Source: Klebsormidium nitens (lineage: Eukaryota > Plantae > Klebsormidiophyceae). From it: 64,000 bases of DNA. Made by a program: the position numbers and the translations under genes. Shown in pieces: positions 12,277 to 23,089 of this stretch; position 1 is the stretch's first letter; every line of letters starts with the position of its first letter. The stretch lies in NCBI GenBank assembly GCA_000708835.1, contig DF236956.1:124001-188000 (forward strand), read 5' to 3'. The notes beneath the pieces were generated by a model that saw nothing but the letters and a program-made list of their open reading frames with translations, ran no database searches and had not been told where the DNA came from.

Positions 12277-12953
12277 GGGGTTTAGACGTCGAAAGCGCCC
12301 CATGCAGGCGCCGCTCAGCTCTGCAGAAGTCTGCAGCCAGCCATGCAGGCCGGGCGTTTGACCAGCGTCCTCAACTCTGATTTCTGCGTCCAGCTTCTTT
12401 CAGAATGCTGGCGTTGAAGATTGTAAAGCAGCGGCATATTAACAAGCCTTTCAACTCTCGCCAGTTTCTCTCGTCTCCGCATGCTCTCCAATGTGCTGAA
12501 AGCAATCAGCAAGACTGCCGCTTGCAGATACTTGATTTGACAATTCTGTGGCCATTTGATGCTGCACTGCATTTGCATCATCTGTTTACAGCTGCGGACA
12601 AAGAGCCAATCGCTGAGGGAGGAACAGCTCAATCATGTCAATAAGGGTTTGGTTTCAGGCACCTTTTCTTTGAGAGGAGCAATTGGAGCCAGATTGCTAG
12701 CTGAAATTTAGGAGTGGCGTCTGCTCTCAAACCACCTGGCCAGAAGCTGAAGTTGGAGGCCGCCAAATCTACCTAGACCAGTGTGGTGGTGAAAGAATCC
12801 TCATACGTAGAATGCCCTGAACAGCCCCATAAAGGGCACCGGCTTCGCACTTAGCAACCAGAAGAAAGGAGTAAAATGTTCAAAAAGCCTGAATAGCGGA
12901 GAAATGCAAGAAGCCTGAATAGCTCACAGAGTCCGGTTAGGTGGAACATCTGC

Positions 12954-15900
12954 ATGATGCAGGCCTTTCTGAGAGACCACAAGATAGGCGACCTTGTGGT
13001 GCGCAAGCAGCAGCTGATTCAGGTGCCCTACACCTCGACAGTGGGTGATGTCATCAACGCGTATCTCACCGACGATGTGCTGGCGTACCCAATCACGGCG
13101 CCTCCCAATGAGTGGATTGGTGCGCTGGGGGGCGGCAGCAGCGTCCTGGAGAGTGACCCCTCTACGGGGCTGCCGACGAAGCAGTACATTGGTGAGGGGA
13201 TGGCTTTCTCCTATTTTACCTTCCTTTCAGGACTTTCTCCCTGATTGCCACCATGAGGCCGCAAGTTTCTAAGATCTTCATCTGTGAACGGCGCTTGCCT
13301 AATGCTGTTCTAAAATCGACCGGATTGCGTCGACAGCTCCTTCCACCCACTCTCTGTTTCTCTACTGGTTGACGGACTTTTAAATCAGCCTCATCTGATG
13401 ATAGGAGAGGTGGTCGAGCTGTATATGAAGCTACAAAGCTTGACATGAGGCAACAATTGGCAACAATCATGCGAGGATCTGCTGTCCACCAATGGTGGCC
13501 CTCCTTACCCAGGGCATTACAATCTCTCTGGCTTTCAGGACAGCACACATCACTTCTCGAACATAAGCGGCGCTTTCCAGGGGCAAGCTCACAAACAACG
13601 TGCCGACCTTGAAATTCAAGATTCCAAAACCCGAATCTGAGTTTCAATTCACTCCCACGTGCAGGCGTGATCAGCGTTTTGGACGTTCTGATGCACTTTG
13701 CGGACAATGCGGACAACATTGAGTGGGCGCTGGAGGCCCCGGTTGAGAAGCTCGTTGGGCGCTCCATCGAGGGGCTCAATCTCATCGTGCTGCGCCCCGA
13801 CACCACGTAAGCGCTCCAGCCTGTCACCTAGGTGCATGGAACATGTTGGTGTCAGTCGATGCCTCTTGTCATTTGGCCGCGCTGTAGGCCTGCAACGTCT
13901 GGCGTTTGCACAACTGTTGTTTTCACGGCGCAGTAAGGACTTTTCTTTTTGAGACTCATACAGCATCTTCACATGTTGTCTAAAAGTATCCAAAAATCTC
14001 CGCCTGTCAACAACGCTTCTGGCTGGACAACAATCTCTTCAGCCCTGACTCCTGGGCGAGTCCTGTAGGCCACAAGGCATGACGTCACCCTGACTCGTGC
14101 AAATCCCCGCGCCATAACGCTTGACATCTTTCTACTGTGCGCAAGATCCTGGCAGCCGAAAGGCATGACGTCACTTTGACGTGTGCAGGATCCTGGCAGC
14201 CCTTGACACCCTTGCCAAAGGGGTGCACCGTGTCCTCGTCCCCCAAACCACGTCCTCCCTCCCCGGCACCCCCCGCTCCTCCCGAAGGTCCGACGGGTTT
14301 GCGGAGGCGGGGTCCAACTACCACTTCCTGACGCAGACCGACGTCATCCGGTTTGTTGTCCAAAACGAGGAGGCTTTCGCGGGGCTTCTCTCTAAAGTAA
14401 GCCCACTTTTGTACTTGAACTCGGTAGATTATTCGCCTCATAACTAAGTTTGCGACTCCGAAGTTCCGAGCTGTGTCTACTCTCTTTCAAAACCAAGGAG
14501 ACGTGCTTTTAAGGGCACTGCCACCATCTGGTTTTGTTCTCCATTCTTAGCTTCGCCGTGCATCTGTTTATGTCCATTTTCTTCATCTCCTTGTGAATGA
14601 TTAACATAGCGCTCAAAAGCCTGCTCTTCTCAATCACACCACTTTGCCTTCGAATCACCAATTTCGGATTTTGTCGCAGACCGTCCAAGCGGCTGACGTC
14701 ATTCACGCGTCGGTGCTGTCGATCCCGGCGTTCATGCTGATGGTGGATGCGCTGCGGTGCATGCGCAACGCGGCCGTCTCCGTGGCGCAGCCCATCACGG
14801 CAATCGCGGTCGTGGAGGCGGACCACGCAACGTTCCCGGAGGCGGAGGAACCCATGATGGTACAGGTGAGCGTCCGAAACGTGTCCGAATAGCATTTCCC
14901 TGCTTTCATGAGGGAGTCGTTATTGGTGGTCTCCGCTTAGTTTCCGAAGCTGTGCTGAGCAGCCAATTACGGGCGATTATTGTCGTCGAGGCGGACCACG
15001 CCACGTTCCCGCAGGCGGAGGAGCCGATGATGGTTCAGGTGAGCGTCCACAATATTGTCCAACTAGCGTCCAGATTATTGTCCCGGTTGCGTTCGATGTC
15101 ACGTCCTACTTGCGTCCGACTTCTCCTTCGTTTAGTCAATTCTTGCACCAGTCGTTGTCATGTCTTTGAAAAGCACCCCATAGCAGCGATCGCGGTCGTT
15201 GAAGCGGACCAGAGGTTTGGACCAGAAGTCGAACAAACCAAGTGAGCATCCGATCTGCGCCGAACTTTGACTGTTGAGTCGGGGTATAGGATTAGTCTTG
15301 ATTTGAAGTTTTCCACTGGTCCAGGTGAGCTTCGATTGCGCCTGATATCAAGCAAGTTTTGTCCTGTGTCGGGTCGAACTTCGGTATGTCGGAGTCCGGT
15401 TATCTACCATGCGCACACGGCGATTGCGGTTGTTGATGCGGACCACGCTACTTTGCGAGAAGCGGAGAAGCCCATGTCGGTACGGGTGGGCGTCCACAAA
15501 GTATCCAAACTGCGTCTACCTCTTTTTGGAGATGAGACTTTGTGCGGGTCGTCCCCGTTCAGACTGTAAGCATCTGCAAAGCAGCCCATCACAGTAACGA
15601 TTGTGACCACCGGTCTATATTTCGGGCAGCACAACAGCAAAACAGTTCAGGAGACTCCGGTGGACTTCTCATCAGAAAGTACGTCTCCTCAAACGGGGGA
15701 CCGCAGATTATACCTCGCGCCTTCGAGAGTGCGTCTGCATGACATCGACACCGAAGTCTGCGTTCGTCAACTCACCTCCTCCCGCAGCGGACGAGTCGCG
15801 CCGAAGGACTTTCACAGTCGTTGACACTCTTTTTGCCGACACGGTCTTCTTTACAGGGAAAGGGCTTAAAAGTGGTGGGCACACTGGCGGCGTCCCACCT

Positions 15901-16264
15901 CCGGGGGGTAACCACCGAGGTGCTCAAGGGGCTGCCCTACCTTACCGTCATCGACTTTCTCTCCCGGGTATCGATGGCCCGGCGGTTCGGTTTCGGGGCG
16001 GTGCACAAAGACGGCTCTCGACGGAGCAGTCTCGGTACGACCCCCCGGTCGTCGGACGACGGGGCGGGGACCTCCGAAGATGCGCCCGGGCCGAGAGCCC
16101 CGGTCACTTGCTCGCCCGAGACGCCGCTCGGGGAAGTGCTGAAGCAGGCGTTGAAGGGACGGACGCGGCAGGTGTGGGTGACCGACCCCGGGGGGTTGCT
16201 TAGCGGTGTGATTACGTTCTCGGATGTAGTACGTAGATTGAGAAAGGAGGTGCAGGAACGATGA
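12954..16264 (+). CDS. PV42: CBS-domain protein, SNF1-related kinase gamma-like subunit (PV42-like)
   Basis: Exons 12954-13191, 13665-13806, 14189-14396, 14680-14865 and 15857-16264 are phase-compatible. DLVVRKQQLIQVPYTST...APPNEWIG...ESD...KQYIGVISVLDVLMH, KGVHRVLV, LTQTDVIRF, KVVGTLAASHLRG and VWVTD...GVITFSDVV match the plant PV42/KING1 CBS pattern. Confidence 0.9.
14785..15610 (+). repeat. PV42 exon-4 3' end plus donor, followed by four degenerate intronic copies
   Basis: Original gcagcccatcacggcaatcgcggtcgtggaggcggaccacg...cag|gtgagcgtcc is echoed at about 14959-15068, 15172-15250, 15405-15515 and 15580-15610. Confidence 0.9.
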
Positions 16265-18331
16265 GTGATGTGAAGTTTTTTTTTGGAATCCCGGAGCGTT
16301 GATTGACGACGTCGAAAGCGACGGAAGAGCGATGCATGTGCTGTAAGATAGCAGAGTTCTGGTCAAAAGCTCAGGAGCTCTTCTTCCAAGGGAAACGCGA
16401 GCATGGTTAGATTACTTTGAGTATTGATATGGCACAAGGTAGGTACATGCTCTTTTAAGGAGAGATTTCTGTCGCTTATCTTCAGAAGCTGAGTTGAAGT
16501 CCCTCGTGGATCCCAAACGTGTATTACTAGCGAGTCTCCGAAATCCACAATTAAACTTGTCACTCCGAAGTCACTAGCTAGCTCCAGCACGATAAAGCAG
16601 TTGTTTCTTTTTTCGCAAGAAGATAGGCCATATGGCAGTGAATTCCATAAGCTTGTCTGATTTGTGCTTCGTGTATGATCCAGTAGCCACAAGCATTTAG
16701 CGCCTGCAGACGTGCATGTCCATACCGTCACGTGCTCTGATTATCTGTTTGATCGATCAGAACGTCACATCTTTGTTCGGTACACTTTGCTAGCTAGGGT
16801 GTAATGTTGATACGAGCCCTATCTACGAAGTACCACGGCTGTGAATCGGACTTCAAAGGCCAATGATGTGCCAGCTAGTGGCTTCCATATATTGGTTCGG
16901 ATCAAGCTGTTATAAGACGGAAAGTAAGTCACTCTCATGGCGGCATGCATCCTGTGCAAGCCATGAACTATACGGCCAAAAGCCAATCTATTTAGACCGC
17001 GCACGTGACTGATGATATTAAATGCAGCTGCATGCTACTTCCGCCACATATGATGCAAACTACAAATAGGATCATGCATATGCGCATTACGCTCATGCAC
17101 GCACTGCAATATTGGATGGACACCCCTAGGATCGGCCATACGTACTAACGTCGGGGTATGCTCATTGCTATGTCACTGCGCACGTAGGGTGCTAGTTACT
17201 GTGGAAACATACTATTAGTACTTGGCTCTTGCAGGACAGCCTGAGGTCAGAGGGCCAAACATTGACGGGGCCAGTCCGGAGGGAAGACAGTGCATGACTC
17301 AAACGGCGTCGATCGGTCGGACGAGTGAGTCAGGAGCGACTCAAGCTGGACCTAAGCTCAGGAGTCCTGACGTGCATGGACTCCTGCAGGGCCGCCGGCC
17401 GGCCCGGGTCGCTATTCAGTTGCACGGTATAGCCCCCCGGTTCAAATACGTACGCCGCACGAGGAACTTGAATCAAGCAGCAGTTGCGCGCGTGTGTCAG
17501 GTTTGTCCAAGAACCAATCAGCAAGCAGGGCCTGGGACTCTGCCTGATAAATTGGTCATCTTTGACGAGTTGGGCGCTGAGTCATCTTCTGAAAGGCTGT
17601 AAGGCTGCGCATCCAAGTAGCTTGCAATGGCATGAAGAGGTGCGGTCCAGTTGGCTGCAAAAACAGCGTGCTAATATGTAACAAAAGGGACTTCACATTT
17701 CCCCATGCAGATCTGGAATGCAGTGAGCCTCAATGTAACAGGACGTGGCAGTTGCATCCGAGCCAACCGCACTCCACAAGCGTGCTCCCTTTGATGACTC
17801 GCACCAAGGGAAGCTATTATGGCTCCTGATTGGTAAAAGGAGAGCCTCTGGACATTGCGGAGAGCACAAGGGCAGGGCTGCCCAAGGGGTCCAGTAACAA
17901 AGGTGCGGTTAGTCGCAAACTCGTACCTGCTTCGATCTGTCTTTCGCCGTCGATCTGCTTCAAGATTGGCAAGGTGACCAACCAGAGATGTTGTTTGGAC
18001 TGTTTGCTCCAAATGTGACGTGGTTGCTGTGACGAATTAATATACATACGGCTGACATATAAGTGAGTGGCCTTGCGTTTGAGTATGGGGGCAATGCCAG
18101 TGCCGGAGCAAAGAATTAGTGCACACAACGCCGTAAAGGTGTGAGTCTCGCATTGCTCAGGTAACATGACACGTTGTTGCTTCAACAACCGGGGAGCGGT
18201 AATCCATATCGATGCAGCCGTCTTCGCGGTTGTCAAATAATGGCAGCAAAGCCCCCCAAACACTTGGAAACCCGCACCCAACTGACTGCCCAGCAAAGAT
18301 TTTCCCCCCATAGTCAGCTGCATTGCCCGTC

Positions 18332-21323
18332 ATGGCGGATGCAACTCTTCCTGTGGGAGCGAACTCGGACGCCTGCGTCCGAATGGTGGCCCTCACTTCG
18401 GACGCCCTAGCCGCGCTGTCCGCAATGGACGATGGCTGCGAGGTGCGCGCGCTCCTGCTGCTGAAACAAGCAGCGGCGCTCGGGAGGGGGGCCACGTGGC
18501 AGGCCCGGGAGGGGGACACGTGGAAAGCGAAGGCGGGCCTGCACACCGCATTCGCGGAGGTGTATGCGTGGATCGGCGATGCGAAGGATTTGGAACGGGC
18601 GCAGGCAAAGTTTGCGAGGCAGAGTTCGGGAGTAGGGGGGTTTACAACAATGGGTGGTTTAGAAAGCGCTGAATTAAAGGATCCTTCAAAAGGCGGAAGT
18701 GAGCTGCAGAGGAATGGGGATCAGTCGAAGACGGGAGTGATTGACACACGCAGCGCGGAGGAAGGCAGCAGCTCAGACCCGTTTGGAGATCTGGTGTCAA
18801 GCGACGGCGGCGGTGGAAGCGAACAGGAGTTCAACGCTCGGGCGTTTGAGTCGTTCAAGGCGCCCTTTAGAAAGCGATCATTTGCGGTTGTGAAGAGTTA
18901 CCGACCAGAAAGCGAGGAGAGGATTCTGCGTGGAAGCCTGGATTCCGCAAAGGCAGACATGGGGCGGCAAGGGACTTTGGGGAACCTTGCCAGCGGGGTC
19001 AAAATAAGCTCGCGTCTTGTTGCTCCGTACCAAACCGCCGCATGGTGGTACGAGAAATCAAGGCAAGAACTTGCAAAGGTGAGCTCCGAATGGCCTCCAT
19101 AGCTTCTCAAAACAGTGTCAATTTACGGTGACGTTGCATTTACGCTTAGTCTCCGATTTGGCATAAGCTGATTCTGCATATTATTAATGGCCTGAACATC
19201 TAAAAGTGGAGCAGCCGCCAAGCGAGCTTCTAAATTTTATTTTTGAAACATTGAGCGATCAATGGTCTCTTGCTTGTGACGCCTTGTCGTTTGCTCTATT
19301 CGTTCGGCCCATCACCTGCTGAGAACCGCTGTACATACTAAAGAACAAAGCAAGGTGCAAAGACGAACTGTAAGGAGGCAAAGACAAACCGGAGATGAAA
19401 GGCGAGGGCTACCTACTGATGAATGACGTACAGCATAGATACAAAGAAAGAATGGAGCGCAATAAGTTCGACAAAACCTCTAAGGTCAACCTTCTTTGTG
19501 AACATGTTGGCTCGCAGGCCTACCAGCTCCATGCGGACGCCAATCACCCGGACAAGCGCGCTTCGCTGGCGATTTTCGTCCGAATGGGCGACCTGTTCGG
19601 ACGGCTGGCCAAGGACGAGTCCGCAGCGAGCTGCTACGTGGCAGCAGCAGCGCTATCCACGCAGCTGGGCAGCGACGAGGCGCAAGAGGTCCGGGACGAG
19701 ATTCTGTACGCGGCGTGGGGATTGAAGGTGGGATCGGAAAGCGCCACGAGTAGCGAGTGGCGAGTAGCACGTTCCACGTGGTCAGTAGGTGTCTGCAGAG
19801 CTGCTTTAATTTTGTGGGACACTTGGTCGTTGAGGTTTCTGTAACAAGAGCTAAAAGTGGAGCAACAGGGCTCACGAAAGTGCGGCGGCCCTTCATAATG
19901 TCAGGAGAAGCAGAGCTGCGCAAGTGCAGGCAGATTTTGCGAGCGCCACCTAAAAGCTGATTCGTAAAGCCTTGGAAATTGATGAAACCTCCCTACAGCA
20001 AAGCGCGGAGGAGTTTCCTGACCTCGGGTTTCTGTACTCCCGTTCCCTAAGCAGACTTGAGAGCCCACAACTCTCAACTCATACAACAAGCTCTCCTTCA
20101 GCAGCAAGCGGCCATGTTCTTTAAGACGAAATCAAGCCCATTCCTCAAAGAGATAATTAAAGGCCCTCATTTCCGAATGCTACAAGATTCTATAAACCCA
20201 TGGTCAAAATCCCGTTTTCCGCTTCCCTTTCCAGACCAAGTGCGGCCGCGCCGTGCTCGCGTCGTTTCCCGACGCGCAGCAGTACCCGGCGGGCCTGAGC
20301 GCGCGCGCGCTGCTGTGCATGCGCGAGGGGCGCTACAAGGAGGCCGAGGTCGCGTACCTGCGCCTCCTGGAGCTCATGCGCGACCGCGGCCTCGCGGACG
20401 CGGACACGCTGCTGCTCGCCAAGGTCCGGCGTCCGAAAGAGCGTTCTTTTCATCTTTCTTCCCGTCTGTTGATAGCCCTTTTCCATCTCAACAGGTAGTT
20501 CATTTTCGTCCTCACCAGAAGATAAGAAGCTCGACAAAGTGGAGACGCTACTGCTCGCCAAGGTCCGGCGTCCGAAAATGAGCTTCATTTTTATTTTCTT
20601 TCTTTCCCGTCTGTTTATCCTATCTCGCTCTTTTAGAACAGATAGGTTCTTTTCGTCTTATCTTGACTGTACTTTTGGCTGGACGGAGGGCAGCTCAACA
20701 AAGCGGAGACGCCGATTCTCGACAATGTCCGGCATCTTAAGCCACCTTTCCATCTTTGCACACCTACGTTCACTTCTCTTGTCGTCTTCGTATCACTTCT
20801 CTCGTACGTCTTTTCGAGACCGCTCTCTCCGAGTGTCCCCTTCTGAATCCTGCTGCGGACTCGGAAACGAGGGACACCGACACGGTGCTGCTCGGCAAGG
20901 TCCGGCCGGTTCAATTTGTTCAATTCTTGTTTCTTCTTTGCTGTTGCTTTCGCTGGCCCCCTTTGTCTGATGACTGAGAAAGCATTTGGGACAATCTGAA
21001 CGAAGCAAGAAGAGGACGAACAAGCGGCAAGTCTTTCGCCAGACCTGCAACCTCCGTGTTAGTTTCCCAGAAAACAAGCTTCTCTATTCGGCACAGACAA
21101 AAGGAACACGAGAGGAAATGTCCAGTCTCTGCTCAGACTTGATCTCTCTGTGTTGACCCCCCCGCCCCTTTGCCGTTTTCGCCCACACCTAGTTTGGATT
21201 GCCGCTTCGCTGCAGGTAATGCTGCAAGCCCTCCTAAGGGGCCAAAGCTTGCGGACGTTTCTGCACGCTACGGACGGAGACGACGTCAGCAACAGCCACA
21301 CTCCGCGTTCTGCGGCGGCATAG
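18332..21323 (+). CDS. Uncharacterised alpha-helical/TPR-like protein
   Basis: Phase-0 exons 18332-19078, 19518-19727, 20235-20423 and 21216-21323 have GT-AG ends and GC-rich codon usage. ARALLCMREGRYKEAEVAYLRLLEL and VRMGDLFGRLAKDESAASCY resemble TPR helices. No specific family recognised. Confidence 0.65.
20401..20910 (+). repeat. Donor-junction echo in the TPR-like gene
   Basis: gacacgctgctgctcgccaag|gtccggcgtccgaaa is repeated at about 20543-20580, with a weaker copy at about 20878-20908; the downstream pyrimidine tract (tctttcttcccgtctgtt) is also copied. Confidence 0.88.
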
Positions 21324-23089
21324 CCGGTGCCAGGATTTAACGCGGACGCTGCATTATAGACTGCTTGCTTTAGCTTTCGACGGCCTATACACGGACTGCA
21401 GACTGAGACAGCTGTAACAATTCAACTAATAGACTGGACCACGAACTGTATGAGCTCAGAAAGCTAGCACACGGAATTACGGAACAGGACAGAGTGGACA
21501 GAATAGACCGGACAGATTGATCAGGACAGAGAACTGAATAGAACTACCTTTGGACGGATAGGACGGATGAAGTAACATGACTTACCGTTAGGACTGCGCT
21601 GCAAAGACTCGTTACCATGATTCCGCAACAGGAATCTGAACAATACTGACTTTTAGACGGGTTGTGGGTTGACGTACTCAGGTTGTAAACAGAGTTCCGG
21701 CGGTTGACATGGTTACGTTGCTTATCATCATCAAACTTACTCGGCCGCGCGGCGGTATACTGCCAGGCTTTACTCCAAAGAAAGTAAACGAAGCAGCTGT
21801 CTAGGAGGCGGACGGCCGCTAGCAACTACAAGAAGTGAGTGCTGTACCGTAATCAGTACCTGACTGCACTCGATTAAACTTCCCAAGCTAGTAGTTTGCT
21901 CGGTGCGTTCGGGTCTTGATCTAGTCCAGTGCGCCATGACCATTTCGAGATCGATCGTGGCTCGAGTCCGGCACGACGCGCAATTGCTGGCATGTCGTCG
22001 GGCGCAGCGGCGGGCCGGCCCGGCGTCCTGCTCAGTGCGGACGGTAACTACCATGACCTTCACTAGTCCGGCCTCGCATCCCGGAGCTAGAGGCAAAGCT
22101 TGAGTTCATGATCAGTTCAATTGCGGGCCAGCGTCGTGCATCAATTGCAAATATCATATGGTGATGCATCACGCATGAATCCACTCTACAATGACGCCGG
22201 GTCGCATGGAGTTTGCTGGATTACGTCGCAATCCTGGGCCTGGATTTTGCTCCCTAACGAATCTGTAAACCATGCTGCGAGCCTGAGCGAGCGGCTGTAG
22301 GCCCGGCGTGAGTCCCTTTGTCTTGAAATACACAAATACAAATTTCTCAAATAGGATGAGTGGTTTCAATCTGTCTTGATGTTGTCGCCGGTCGACAGGC
22401 TCGCGCGGCTAAAATGATTCATGCATGAATTGCATGAGGTCCATAGCTTTATTGTGCTATGCGGCCAGCTAGCTCTTGCATACGTATACAAGAGGCCCGT
22501 GTTAGTTCACATGCAACTATATATAGCAGCCCGCGGCCCGAGCCATCATAAGGACCTTGGACAGTCGAGCTTGGTCCTAGCGCATTTGATTAGTGATGCC
22601 TACACGTATTTCAAGCTTTTACACGTGATCTATACCATTGAATCGATTAAGCTCGACGGCTCGGGGGCCGCTCAGTGCCAAGAAAGTAGAGCAATTGCAT
22701 TGTCAACAAGTGACTGACGTGGAATTATTTCCGCTGACTCTTTTTCGATCGACAACCGGTCCTAAGATATAGCCTAGTACAACCACTACGCTTGCAAGCC
22801 TCCCTCGTTTCAGAACCCAGACACATAGGTCGGCTCAGCCTGCGGAAATCTATCGACCAAAGGACCAAAAACCTTAACTTTTGATGCTCGACATTCCGTT
22901 GCACATTGCAGGTCGGATTGGGCCGGAACGCCGCACTCGTTGTAGAATCCAAAACCTCCTGACCCGGATGCTCGCGACTTAATCTATCCACGACGTCATT
23001 TGAGCATCGTTGCGTGCCAAAGTATCGCCCATAAGCTTTTGCCTTCAAAGCCTTGCCTTCAATCCGCACTGACTGTAAGCCAAACCTTT

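Noticed and set aside
13216-13827. 203-aa minus-strand ORF
   Set aside because: Antisense to the PV42 intron 1/exon 2; a shadow ORF.
19395-19517. Open frame upstream of TPR-like exon 2 (MKGEGYLL...)
   Set aside because: It could be an alternative start or a longer exon, but the acceptor at 19517 is good and nothing else supports the extension.
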